Shown here piece after piece: positions 1 to 19,485 of a stretch of 64,000 nt of DNA. The notes under the pieces are model-generated. The model saw only the letters and a program-made list of their open reading frames with translations. It did no database searches and was not told where the DNA came from. How positions within the stretch are numbered: the first letter of the stretch is position 1; the number at the start of each line of letters is the position of its first letter. Location: assembly GCA_964016885.1 (NCBI GenBank), contig OZ024740.1, forward strand, positions 373,054,001 to 373,118,000, written 5' to 3'. A program made the position numbers and the translations under genes. Source of the stretch: Eledone cirrhosa. Lineage: Eukaryota.

Positions 1-245
1 AAGTATATATATGTATATGAAGTATATATATATATAATATATATATATATATAAAGTATATATATATAAAGTATATATATATATAAAGTATATATATATA
101 TATAAATTATATATATATATATATCAAGTATATATATATATAATATATATATATATATAAAGTATATATATATAAAGTATATATATATAAAGTATATATA
201 TATATAAAGTATATATATATATAAATTATATATATATATATCAAG

Positions 246-277
<32 letters not shown>

Positions 278-616
278 AAGTATATATATATATAAAGTAT
301 ATATATATATATAGTATATATATATATATATAGTTTATATATATATAAAGTATATATATATATATATAGTATATATATATATAAAGTATATATATATATA
401 TATATATAGTATATATATATATAAAGTATATATACATAAAGTATATATATATATAAAGTATATATATATATATAAAGTATATATATATATATAGTATATA
501 TATATATATAAAGTATATATATATATATAGTATATATATATATAAAGTATATATATATATAAAGTATATATATATATATAGTATATATATATATATATAT
601 AGTATATATATATATA

Positions 617-661
<45 letters not shown>

Positions 662-1237
662 GTATATATATATATATATAATGTATATATATATATATAT
701 ATATAATGTATATATATATATATATATATATAATGTATATATATATATATATATAATGTATATATAAATATATATATATATAATGTATATATATATATAT
801 ATAATGTGTATATATATATATATATAATGTATATTTATATATATATAATGTATATATATATATATATATATATAACGTATATATATATATATATATATAA
901 CGTATATATATATATATATATAACGTATATATATATATATATAACGTATATATATATATATATATATATAATGTATATATATATATATATATATATATAA
1001 TGTATATATATATATATATATATATAACGTATATATATATATATATAACGTATATATATATATATATATATATATAATGTATATATATATATATATATAT
1101 ATAACGTATATATATATATATATATAAATATATATAATGTATATATATATATATATATATAAAGTATATATATATATATATATATAATGTATATATATAT
1201 ATATATATAAATATATTGTGTATAATATATATATATA

Positions 1238-1270
<33 letters not shown>

Positions 1271-1353
1271 ATGTGTATATATGTATATATATATATATAT
1301 ATGTAATGTGTATATATATATATATGTAGTATATATATATATATATATATAAA

Positions 1354-1407
<54 letters not shown>

Positions 1408-1409
1408 AA

Positions 1410-1464
<55 letters not shown>

Positions 1465-1511
1465 ATGTGTATATATATATATATGTAGTATATATATATA
1501 TATATATAAAG

Positions 1512-1551
<40 letters not shown>

Positions 1552-1761
1552 ATATATATACATATATATATAGTATATGTAAATATATAAATATATATAT
1601 ATATATAATATATAGTATATGTAAATATATAAAGTATATATATATATATATATATATAAAGTATATATATACATATATATAAAGTATATATATATATATA
1701 TATATCTAAAGTATATATATATATATATATATAATATATATATATAAAGAATATATATATA
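1..1761. repeat. (TA)n microsatellite with AAG/AG/ATG/ACG interruptions
   Basis: Directly visible; units such as aagtatatata and aatgtatata. Confidence 0.98.
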
Positions 1762-2199
1762 TACGATATTAAATAAATGGAAACTATATTTATAAAACCG
1801 TATTTATTTCATTATATATATTTCAGGGATATCATATTAAAAATATGGTATGCCTTCATCAAACAAAATACAATATAAACAGTCTTATAAATAGATAGAT
1901 TTGACATACCTTACAACTTCAACTTCCATTTAAAAAGTTGATTTAAATGGAAGTTGAAGTTGTAAGGTATGTCAAATCTATCTATTTATAAGACTGTTTA
2001 TATTGTATTTTGTTTGATGAAGGCATACCATATTTTTAATATGATATCCCTGAAATATATATAATGAAATAAATATGGTTTTATAAATATAGTTTCCATT
2101 TATTTAATATCGTAAATATACTCCAAATACTTGATGAGTGCTTTTATATCAGTTATAAATATTTACTCGTTGTAACCCAACAATTTAAATAAAACTTTG

Positions 2200-2200
<1 letters not shown>
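1762..2200 (+). mobile_element. Non-coding fold-back module, probably a PLE pseudo-LTR insertion
   Basis: 173-bp inverted arms 1762-1934/1942-2114 (about 1 mismatch, 7-nt loop), unpaired tail 2115-2200, hammerhead-like motif in the arm, (TA)n on both sides. Confidence 0.7.
2006..2071 (+). ncRNA. Type I hammerhead-like motif (UUGAUGA core variant)
   Basis: tattttgt TTGATGA aggcataccatatt..aatatgatatccct GAAA tatat ATA atgaaata; stems I and II pair, stem III is a TA palindrome; mirror copy in the left arm. Confidence 0.55.
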
Positions 2201-2230
<30 letters not shown>

Positions 2231-2236
2231 ATAAAG

Positions 2237-2305
<69 letters not shown>

Positions 2306-2886
2306 ATATATATATATATATATATAAAGTATATATATACATATATATAAAGTATATATATATATAAATATACTTATAATGTATATAAATATATATATAT
2401 ATATAATGTATATATATATATATAAAGTATATATATATATATATATAGTATATATATATATATAAAGTATATATATATATATAAAGTATATATATATATA
2501 AAGTATATATATATATATAGTATATATATATATAGTATATTATATATATAAAGTATATATATATATAAAGTATATATATATATAGTATATATATATATAA
2601 AGTATATATAGTATATATATATATAAAGTATATATATAGTATATATATATATATATAGTATATATATATATAAAGTATATATATATATATAGTATATATA
2701 TATATATAGTATATATATATATATAGTATATATATATATAAAGTATATATATATATAGTATATATATATATAAAGTATATATATATATATAGTATATATA
2801 TATATAAAGTATATATATATATATATATATAGTATATACATATAAAGTATATATATATATATATATATATAGTATATATATATAAA

Positions 2887-2917
<31 letters not shown>

Positions 2918-3251
2918 ATATATATATATATATATATAGTATATATATATATAATGTATATATATATATATATATATATAATGTATATGTATATATATAT
3001 ATATATATAATGTATATATATATATAATGTATATATATATATATATATATATAATGTATATGTATATATATATATATAAATGTATATTATATATATATAT
3101 ATATATAATGTATATATATATATATATATATATATAATGTATATATATATATATGTATTATATATATATAATGTATACATATATATATATATATATATTA
3201 TGTATACATATATATATAATGTATACATATATATATATATATATATTATGT

Positions 3252-3294
<43 letters not shown>

Positions 3295-3361
3295 GTATAT
3301 ATATATATATAAAGTATATATATATATATATATGTATAATGTATATATATATATATATATA

Positions 3362-3429
<68 letters not shown>

Positions 3430-3478
3430 ATGTCTATATATATATATATATATATATATAAAGTATATATATATATAT
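2201..3478. repeat. (TA)n microsatellite with interruptions
   Basis: Directly visible. Confidence 0.98.
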
Positions 3479-4379
3479 TAAGACAGGGGGGAAGAAAAAA
3501 TGGCTTCATTTGTGCTTTCAACAGATTTATTTTCTTCACAAAATCCCAAAATAATTTTTTCCGGATTAGAAAAACCATTTTAACATTTTTTTTTAATAAA
3601 TTAAATTGTTGGTTGTCGGTTAGGTCTTAGGAGTTCTTGGTTAACGTAGGAGGTATTGTTTCGTTTTTAGAAAGACCTTTCATGCTGATGTGCGCTTGTC
3701 AAACTGATGTGTATGTGGTGTGTTGTTCTATATATAGGGATTTAACATGTCTGTGGTGTGGTGGGGTTTTTTTTTCTCCCCCTTTAATAAGTGTAGGGCT
3801 GTAGGTATGTTGAAAAAATGTTAATAGCAGTAATGAGTTGAGACAGTGAGTAGGGTTGGGTGGGGAGAAATGTAGCAAGTGCGGCCTGCCCCGGTCATTA
3901 TCGAAAAATTCATTTATTCGGGGGAAAAAGCTTTTAGTATTCCTTTGTATCGAGAATGGTCTTAGGCAAACCGCACCTGCCAAGCTTGTAAACAATTATT
4001 TTTTTCTGAAGAATTTTGCTACGTCCATCCCAAAAGTAGTCCTTTGTTCAACACACACATATGTGCGTATATACGTACATACAAACACGGGCATATGTAG
4101 GAATATAAAGGCACATTATGTGTGTGTATGTATGTATATGTATGTATGTATATATATACCCATGTGGAGGTATGAGTACATATTCGTGTGTGTACGTATG
4201 TGTATATGTGTTTTTATATGTGTCTTTATATGTTTTTATGTATGTATGTGGATGTATATGTACATGGGTGTGTGATTGATGGTGTGTGCCTTTATATTCC
4301 TACATGTGTCTTCCTGTCTTCCTCCGGTTGCAACGTTTTTTGAAAAATCCAGTTCTGCGTTTACAGATTGACTTTGTTA

Positions 4380-4541
4380 GTTTAAGAAGATCCCTTTAAG
4401 GGTGAAAGCAGCGATTCTTTGCTTAAAGACTTTAATCTGTTATTTTAATAAATATTTGCTCTACGGTTCTTATATATTTGATATATATTTATCCTTATCG
4501 AGCCCTCTTTGGATTTTAGTCTTCAAATTTATTATTATTAT

Positions 4542-4545
<4 letters not shown>
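4380..4545 (+). mobile_element. 3' fragment of a dispersed repeat (probable PLE pseudo-LTR), same family as 20574-20731
   Basis: Near-identical to 20574-20731 (aagggtgaaagcagcgatt...ccttatcgagccctcttt...attattacta); both end at (TA)n. Confidence 0.6.
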
Positions 4546-6373
<1,828 letters not shown>

Positions 6374-6417
<44 letters not shown>

Positions 6418-6741
6418 ATATATATATATATATATATATAAAGTATATATATATATAAATATATAAAGTATATATATATATAAATATATAAAGTATATAT
6501 ATATATAAATATATAAAGTATATATATATATATATAAAGTATATAAAGTATATATATATATAAAGTATATATATATATATATAAAGTATATATATATATA
6601 TATATAAAGTATATATATATATATATAAAGTATATATACATATATATAAAGTATATATATATATAAAAGTATATATATATAAAGTATATATATATATAAA
6701 TTATATATATATATATATAAATTATATATATATATATAAAT

Positions 6742-6773
<32 letters not shown>

Positions 6774-6786
6774 TACATATATATAT
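6374..6786. repeat. (TA)n microsatellite
   Basis: Directly visible. Confidence 0.97.
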
Positions 6787-7160
6787 GAGAACTAGATTGT
6801 TTCCACTGACATAAAATTACAAATAAACAAACATGTACTTTCATTCATGTGGGTCTGTGAATACGTATACACACTATAAATGATTGAATGCGTAACCAAA
6901 AGAGAAAATTGGTAGTCAATATATGTCAGAAATATGTAGAGGAATATTGCAAGAAACAAATATTTGTTGAAATTGTCAACCTTTCATACCCCATTGGATA
7001 TAACCTCCTCTTGTCTGCAGTATTCCAGATAGAGTTTTATCAATGCTATGGGGCTTCATATTGCGGAACATTGTACTGTTCCATCGTTAAATAGTTTACT
7101 GATCTAGAATAATGCATAGGGATTCATACATAAATACATACACACATAAGTATAAACATA

Positions 7161-7196
<36 letters not shown>

Positions 7197-7198
<2 letters not shown>

Positions 7199-7990
7199 CT
7201 TTGATAATTTTGATAGCTTTTGGCCAGTGTTGGCCTGGCCATTTCTAACCTAATAGCACCACCTGGCGAAGTCTTCCAAATCAGGATTTGGACAGAGTGC
7301 CCCACTCAAGAAGAGAGTTATTGTTTGCGGAGACATATCCGGGGGTAAGGGGTCTATCCTGGGTTTCTTGAAGGGATTTTTGAAATACCTCTTGAACTTT
7401 ATGGGGGTCTGTTCTGTTTCAAAATGTTTTGCTGTAATGATAAAGAAAGCAGAGGCAAATTGAGGTGAAACAATCGTGCCGTGTTGTCGTTATGAGAGGG
7501 GAGTTTGATTTTCTTTTGTGGGCGGATAGCATGGGCCCAAGTCTTGGGTCTAGTTTAAAGGTGATGCCAATATCCTTTGGGTAATGCTGATAGAATACTT
7601 TCAACATCATGCAGATGATGTAGCGATCACAGCGACGTTGAGAGAATAAAGATTGAGTTTTTCTAGTCGACCCCAATTATCAAGGTCTGACATGCCATCT
7701 ACCTTTTTCGTGGTGGACGTTTGTGGAGCTTCAATTTTCATGATACTTTGTTTTGTATGGGTCAACTACAGAGGACAACAGTATTGAAGGTGTGGTCGGG
7801 CGAAAGTGGAGAAGAGAAGGGAAACATTTTGGATGCCTCTCGCATCGAAGGTTCTAATATTCCAGGAACACATTCTGAGGACCATGTCAACTTTGCAGTT
7901 TATATGAGTGGCCCAGCTTATGCTGCTGACCAAAATTACTCCCAAGTAATATACAAACTCCACATTGATGCATGTATACAGCTATGATAG
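7197..7990 (-). mobile_element. Decayed 5'-truncated CR1/L2-group LINE (C-terminal part of ORF2)
   Basis: Frameshifted peptides LLFSTFARPHLQYCCPL, IEAPQTSTTKKVDGMSDLDNWGRLEKLNLYS, QRRCDRYII and PGYVSANNNSLLEW match the CR1/L2 post-RT motifs. Confidence 0.8.
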
Positions 7991-8326
7991 AGCCAACATT
8001 ATAATTCTATGACTTGTTCATGGCGAACCATTTTCATGCACGAATCGTGTATGCGAAAGAACTTAATCAGCCCATATACGGAAGCGTTAAAACTATATTT
8101 TTGGCTGCTTAAAGTTTGAGTATGGCACGAGGATGTGTGTGTCTGACATTGTGAACGTCCACATAACTACAAACAAGCTGTCGGGTGATTTTCTTTTGCT
8201 TGTGCTGGAATAAGGAAGGTGACGCTAGCATTAGGGTTAGTCATCACCTTTAAATCTCATAGCTAAAACACTTCACTTGTTTATTCGTAAACATACAAAG
8301 TTACATACATACACATGTATCCACTC

Positions 8327-8388
<62 letters not shown>

Positions 8389-8548
8389 AATTACTGAAGA
8401 AGAAGGTAGATCGGCTGTACAATAGGGTTTATTCAAAGTAGCAACAATTGTTTCATAAGTCCGGTGTGTCTAAACATCAATTTTCGTATGATGCTACGTC
8501 ACTCGATTTTAATGATTTTTGATATCTCGTTAACGTCTCTTTCTCTCT

Positions 8549-8586
<38 letters not shown>

Positions 8587-8596
8587 CTTTTGGTCT

Positions 8597-8680
8597 GTGA
8601 CGCGCGTTTCGCCACTGATCATCTCAAGGTTCGATCTGTATCGATCTGACCCGACTCTGCAAACCGCGGCTCGTCAGACC
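8597..8680 (-). ncRNA. Type I hammerhead with extended stem II
   Basis: Minus strand: gt CTGACGA gccgc..(insert)..gtggc GAAAC gcgc GTC ac; palindromic stem III typical of PLE hammerheads; stem I is weak. Confidence 0.6.
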
Positions 8681-8696
8681 CTTTGTAATAGTAATG

Positions 8697-9020
8697 ACAA
8701 CACTTAATGCAGCAATGGAGTGTACATCATCTACTGTATGCATATACTATGCGAAACCCGCTGATGAAGCCACAAGCGCCGATAGTGCATTGTTGCATAA
8801 TATATGCATACAGTAGATGCAGTACACTCCTTTGTTGCATTAAGTGTTGCCGAAACTCTCGTGTACGCGTATAGATTGAATGTACCCATTTACGTGTGTT
8901 GTATTGAAGCGAATAACTATGCAACTGCTCTGAGATTCTACATAACATTACCTATTGAGTACGCAGAGATGCAACGGATACTAGCAGTGGAACCCATACT
9001 ATTCCCGCCAGCTTCTTAAC
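8697..9020 (+). mobile_element. Dispersed repeat (probable PLE pseudo-LTR) with a short 5' inverted duplication; second copy at about 52715-52985 (-)
   Basis: 8697-8747 is the reverse complement of 8801-8851; homologous to the minus strand near 52.7-53.0 kb; contains a hammerhead core at 8756-8870. Confidence 0.6.
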
Positions 9021-9554
9021 TTATTATGTACATACATACATACACACACACATTCACACACACATTCACACACACACACATACGCACATATATATATATA
9101 TGTATATATCCTTCCACTGAAGACAACGCTGGCAGTGACGTCGAATTTTGAGAATATCTCTGGCTGTCACTCGTAGAATAAGAATAACTAATGCTAAAGA
9201 CCGTGTATTTGACTTCGTCATTTATGCTTCCAGCCCTGACTTTTACTCGTCAATTCCACATGAATTGTAAGCGTAGAAATCTATTGTTTGGGACATACTC
9301 CTGTTAAATTCTTTGACCTCAGGTATTCGTTGCTGACACCCAGACAAGCCTTCAAAATTATATCCATTTTATACTGTCTTACAACTTCGATTCTGTTCCA
9401 GACGTTGAAAATGTGCATACGTTATCATATAGTAACCGTTTTTTTTTAATGTTACTACATAATATATCTCAATATATATGAGTATATGTACAAATACTTT
9501 CCAAAATGTATATATAAATATACATATACATAAGTATATATATATATATATATA

Positions 9555-10283
9555 TTCAGACCTGTGTTAGCTGGCAGGAGGTCATATATTTTATCGTTCC
9601 TGGGTCTTTTAGCCCCAGGAAAGGAAAATGCTTCTCTGATGAGATTTGGTTTTCCATCAGATATCCAGCGGATTTCTGGGGTTTTACAAAGCGAAACTGA
9701 TCAGTAAGGGCCATTAGAAGAGGTAAATATTTATATTATATTTTTTATTTATTTTAAAAAATTGGTTGAATTTTGCTTGTTCTGCATATCTTAATATTAA
9801 AGTTCTGGTATATCAAATTAATACCATTGAACAACCTTGAATCATAGACAAGCTATGTATTTCTAGGGGTGCTTAGTATCCTTGGACATATTAACTTTAT
9901 TCATTTTCTCCGTTATGTAGAGAACAAATATGTTGTTCTATTTAGCTGCTATTTTTTTAGTAGTAATTATAGACAGCAAATCTGTAATTTCCAGCTTTTA
10001 CTTCAGACCGGTTTACATAAGGGTCACTTTTACGACCTTTCAGACCTGTGTTAGCTGGCAGGAGGTCATATATTTTATCGTTCCTGGGTCTTTTAGCCCT
10101 AGGAAAGCAAAATGCTTCTCTGACGAGGTTTGGTTTTCCATCAGATATCCATCGGATTTCTGGGGTTTTACAAAGCGAAACAGATCAGTAAGGGTCATTA
10201 GAAGATGTAAATATTTATATTATATTTTTTAATTTATTTTAAAAAATTGGTTGAAATTTACTTGTTCTGCTTATCTTAATATT
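9555..10283. repeat. Direct duplication of about 245 bp (9555-9799 and 10039-10283), possibly a decayed PLE fragment
   Basis: Both copies start ttcagacctgtgttagctggcagg and end tcttaatatta; flanked by (TA)n. Confidence 0.75.
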
Positions 10284-10299
10284 ATATATATATACATAA

Positions 10300-10342
<43 letters not shown>

Positions 10343-10374
10343 AGTATATATATATATATATATATACATACACA

Positions 10375-10412
<38 letters not shown>

Positions 10413-10448
10413 TATATATACTTATGTATATATGGATATGTATATACT

Positions 10449-10484
<36 letters not shown>

Positions 10485-10678
10485 AGTATATACATATACA
10501 TATATACATAAGTATATATATATATATACATATCATATATATACATATATATATATACATAAGTATATACATATACATATATACATAAGTATATATATAT
10601 ATATACATATCATATATATACATACATAAGTATATACATATACATATATACATAAGTATATATATATATATACATATC

Positions 10679-10709
<31 letters not shown>

Positions 10710-11122
10710 CACACATAAATATATACATATACATATATACATAAGTATATATATATATATACATATCATATATATACATATACATATATACATAAGTATA
10801 TATATATATATATATACATATCATATATATACATATACATATATAAGTATATATATATACATATCATATATATATACATATACATATATATATACATATA
10901 CATATCATATATATATACATATACATATATATATATACATATACATATATAAGTATATATATATATATATACATATCATATATATACATATACATATATA
11001 TATATACATATACATATATATATATACATATATATACATATACATATATATATATATACATATACATATACATATATATATACATATACATATACATATA
11101 TATATATATACATATACATATA
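10284..11122. repeat. (TA)n/(CATATA)n compound microsatellite
   Basis: Directly visible. Confidence 0.97.
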
Positions 11123-11322
11123 NNNNNNNNNNNNNNNNNNNNNNNNNNNNNNNNNNNNNNNNNNNNNNNNNNNNNNNNNNNNNNNNNNNNNNNNNNNNNN
11201 NNNNNNNNNNNNNNNNNNNNNNNNNNNNNNNNNNNNNNNNNNNNNNNNNNNNNNNNNNNNNNNNNNNNNNNNNNNNNNNNNNNNNNNNNNNNNNNNNNNN
11301 NNNNNNNNNNNNNNNNNNNNNN
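11123..11322. other. Assembly gap (200 N)
   Basis: Run of N. Confidence 1.
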
Positions 11323-11564
11323 ACATCACGATAAATAAAATGGTTGAAAACTTAGACTAAAAAACAGCATTCAATATATATGTGTATATATATATATGTG
11401 TGTGTGTTCGGGGGGGGGGGGAGTTACATATATATATATATATATGTTTATATAGTGCCCGGCCGACTGATATCACTCGATATGCAAATTAGGCTGCTCA
11501 GCCGTTAATATGGATAAGGAAAGTATATACTTTCAGACGTTCAACCATCTGGCAGGAAGGTATA

Positions 11565-11605
11565 CCATGCTGACGATAGCTAATAAGCTTGAAACTAGTA
11601 CATCG
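11565..11605 (+). ncRNA. Minimal type I hammerhead
   Basis: ccatg CTGACGA t agct aata agct t GAAAC ta GTA catcg; palindromic ACTAGT stem III. Confidence 0.65.
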
Positions 11606-11819
11606 TTCATGTGTCAGTGTTGAACAAAAAGGTGACATGGTTGCCTAAACATTGTACGGCGTAATTCGGGCTGTTTGTTTGTTTACAAACAAACGAACCG
11701 AGCATTATAATAAATGTTCGGTAAACCTATACGTGCATATATATATGTGTGCATGTATGAATATATACTGTACGCCTGTATACATATATGTATGTACGTA
11801 AACATACTTACATACTTAC

Positions 11820-15922
<4,103 letters not shown>

Positions 15923-16362
15923 ATACTTTGGGAGGGTCATGTTGCCAATAAGAAACACACGCACCAGTTGCTTTCACTTCAATTTATTATAAGAACACAA
16001 GGGTAAATTAGAGAACATAGAAATAAAAATAGAATCTACACACAGAAAAGACGCAATGTTTAGACAAATTACAGAGGCAATAAACATAAAAGAATTACAA
16101 CCAAAATTAAATAGAAAATATGAGTGGAACAGCAACATCACTACTTACAATTAAGGCCAAAATGAAAACACACACACACATAGAACAAAGAACCAACCAG
16201 TAACATGTAAATAAACAAACAAACAAATAAATAAATGAACATAAACACACACAGACATCCTGATGTGGCGCATGCGCAGACTGAGCACACAACACACACA
16301 CAGAAACAAAATGGCGTAGGACAGAACAAAGGAGAGGCACAGAAACAAAGAAATGAATCCCC

Positions 16363-16407
16363 AGTCACTGAAGAGGTCACAAAGTGTGTGACGAAAGAAC
16401 TATGACT
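16363..16407 (+). ncRNA. Type I hammerhead in PLE pseudo-LTR
   Basis: agtca CTGAAGA ggtcac..gtgac GAAAG aa CTA tgact. Confidence 0.75.
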
Positions 16408-16853
16408 ATGTATAAACAACTATCTGGTTGTGGAACCAACCAACCAACCAGAAATTTATAAATTTATAAATTTATTATAAATTTATTATAATAAATTGAA
16501 GTGAATGCAACTGGTGCGCGTGTTTCTTATTGGCAACATGACCCTCCCAAAGTATAACAATATCGGTTTCAACACACGATTTCAGATAAAGAATCTTGCT
16601 AAACAAATTCGGAAACGAAATATATATATATATATATATATTTCGTATCTGAATTTGTTTAGCAAGATTCGTTATCTGAAAACGTGTGTTGAAACCGATA
16701 TTGTTATACTTTGAGAGGGTCATGTTGCCAATAAGAAACACACGCACCAACTGTTCACTTCAATTTATTATAATAAATATATAAATTTAGGAATTCATAA
16801 ATTTCCGGTTGGTTGGTTGGTTAGTTCCACAACCAGATAGTTGTTTATATATT

Positions 16854-16896
16854 GTCAAAGTGCTTTCGTCACACATTATGTGACCTCTTCAGTGAC
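16854..16896 (-). ncRNA. Type I hammerhead in PLE pseudo-LTR
   Basis: Minus strand: gtca CTGAAGA ggtcacataatgtgtgac GAAAG ca CTT tgac. Confidence 0.75.
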
Positions 16897-17288
16897 TGGG
16901 GATTCTTTTTTTTGTTTTTGTGCCTCTCCTTTGTTCTGTCCTACGCCATCTTGTTTCTGTGTGTGTGTTGTGTGCTCAGTCTGCCCATGCGCCACATCCG
17001 GGTGTCTGTCTGTGTTTATATTCCTTTATTTATTTGTTTATTTACATGTTACTGGTTGGTTTATGTTCTATGTGCGTGTGTGTTTTCATTTTGTCCTTAA
17101 TTGTAAGTTGTGATGTTGCTGTTCCACTCATGTTTACTATTTAATTTGGGTTGTAATTCTTTTATGTTTATTGCCTCTGTGATTTGACTAAACATTGCGT
17201 CTTTTCTGTGTGTAGATTCTATTTTTATTTCTATGTTCTCTAATTTACCCTTATGTTATATTTTAGCATGTTGGTAGAGTACAGATGA

Positions 17289-17950
17289 TTATTTACTATC
17301 TTGAAGGTCTCGCCAGTGATTATTTATCCGTTCCCCTACACTACGAGCTGTCTCACCTATGTACACTATATTCTTATCTCTACATTGTCCTTCAGTACAT
17401 CTTATGCTATATACTACATTTCTAGTTTTACAGTTAATATGGGGGCTTAATTTACATGTTATACATTTCTTATCTATACAGGGGGGTCTTTGAAAAGGGT
17501 ATGTCTTGCTAATAAGTGTTTTTATGGAGGTACCTGGTCTTTCTACTATCTTAATATTGAGTTTATGTTTATCTAGGGCCCTTCTAAATTTGTAAGCCAA
17601 TTCACCTCTAGGGGTTGTATCGATGAATATTACACTCTGGTATTTATTGCCATCAACCATGAGTTTATTCTATTAGACTTATTCCTAGTTCTTTCTATTC
17701 TATTCCAAAAGTTGCTCCTATACAAGGGGCAGGTCCCATTTGTGTCATTATTTACCATTTTTTCCCATTTGGTTCTGGCTCCTCTATACACTCTGATTTT
17801 ATCTCTCTGATTGTAACCAGACAACTGCATACGGTGGATGAAGTGTTATATGTGTCTCTCTGGTTCTTCGGGGTTGCACATGCGGGACACGTTTCTCATC
17901 ACCCGTAACAAATCCGCAATCAGGTATGTGGATTTTGGTATGTTCCGAAA
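17289..17950 (-). pseudogene. PLE ORF remnant (post-RT linker plus GIY-YIG endonuclease), possibly Nematis-like
   Basis: Frameshifted ORFs 17630-17830 and 17289-17660 with VVY..YIGET..R...H motif; clade call is tentative. Confidence 0.85.
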
Positions 17951-18036
17951 CAGCTGAGCACACAACACACACACAGAAACAAGATGGCGTAGGACATAAC
18001 AAATGAGAGGCACAAAAACAAAGAAAAGAATCCCCA

Positions 18037-18079
18037 CTCACTGAAGAGGTCACATAATGTGTGACGAAAGAACTTTGAC
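18037..18079 (+). ncRNA. Type I hammerhead in PLE pseudo-LTR
   Basis: tca CTGAAGA ggtcacataatgtgtgac GAAAG aa CTT tga. Confidence 0.7.
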
Positions 18080-18225
18080 AATATATAAACAACCATCTGG
18101 TTGTAGAACCAACCAAACAACCGGAAAGTTATAAATTCCTAAATTTATAAATTTATTATAATAAATTGAAGTGAAAGCAACTGGTGCGTCTGTTTCTTAT
18201 TGGCAACATGACCCTCACAAAGTAT

Positions 18226-18271
<46 letters not shown>

Positions 18272-18329
18272 GAATTATATAGAAATTGTTGTAGCGAGAA
18301 GCTAACAATATATATATATATATATATAA

Positions 18330-18740
18330 TAGAAGTGGTTACACAATAGTTAGTTCACCTTACCGAGAACAATTGTTTTGCCTTAGCGGATCCTCAGCTT
18401 GTAACGGACATGGTTATACGGAACAGGAAGGACAACCGTACGAACGCGCATGCCCAGAAGCGATCACTTCAGACAGGCAATACTAAATTGCGTGCGAGAG
18501 GATTAAGGGAGATAACTGCAATATTGCCTGTGTGAATTGATCGTTTCTGCGCATGCGCGTTAGTACGGTTGTCCTTCATGTTCCGTATAACCATGTCCAT
18601 TACGAGCTGAGGATCCGCTAAGGTGAAACAATTGTTCTCGGTATGGTGAACTAACTGTTGTGTAACCACTTCTACCTAACTCGTCCCATGGACAGAGTGC
18701 TCAAGCCACTACGGATATTAGCCTCCAGTGTTCTAGCACT
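18330..18740 (+). mobile_element. Non-coding fold-back module, probably a PLE pseudo-LTR insertion
   Basis: About 153-bp diverged inverted arms 18330-18482/18522-18674, tail 18675-18740, (TA)n flanks. Confidence 0.7.
18602..18641 (+). ncRNA. Minimal type I hammerhead
   Basis: cgag CTGAGGA tccgctaaggt GAAAC aatt GTT ctcg; palindromic stem III. Confidence 0.65.
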
Positions 18741-18771
18741 ATATATATAATATATATATATATATATCTAT

Positions 18772-18900
18772 CTAAGGCGGGTAAAATTCCCGAGATCCAT
18801 GGACGAGTTCTCTCCAGCGGTCGCTGTCCCTCATTATCGCTGCCATATCCTGCATCTCCAACAGACCAGTGTCTGTCCTTAGGGCATCAACATATGTTAA
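18772..18900 (-). mobile_element. 3' tip of an RTE-group LINE
   Basis: [28 protein letters not shown] resembles the RTE ORF C-terminus. Confidence 0.6.
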
Positions 18901-18905
18901 AAGAA

Positions 18906-18960
18906 ATATATATATATATATATATATAGTTAAATATATATATATATATATATATATAGT

Positions 18961-19020
<60 letters not shown>

Positions 19021-19333
19021 ATTATATATATGTTTATATATATATATATAATGTATATATAAAAACATTATATATATATATAATGTATATATAATGTATA
19101 TATATATATTGATATGCATATATATGTATATATATATATTTGTATATATATATATATATATATATGTTTATATATATATATAAATGTATATACATATATA
19201 TATATAAATGTATATATATATATATATATATATAAATGTATATATATATATATATATATAAATGTATATATATATATATATAAATGTATATATATATATA
19301 TATATAAATGTATATATATATATATATATATAA

Positions 19334-19404
<71 letters not shown>

Positions 19405-19428
19405 TATATAGATATGTATATATATATA

Positions 19429-19464
<36 letters not shown>

Positions 19465-19485
19465 ATGTGTGTATGTGTGTGTGTG
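18906..19485. repeat. (TA)n/(TG)n microsatellite
   Basis: Directly visible. Confidence 0.97.

Noticed and set aside
3480-4050. Possible decayed GIY-YIG/PLE fragment on the minus strand
   Set aside because: Only vague residue spacing remains; cannot be supported without a search
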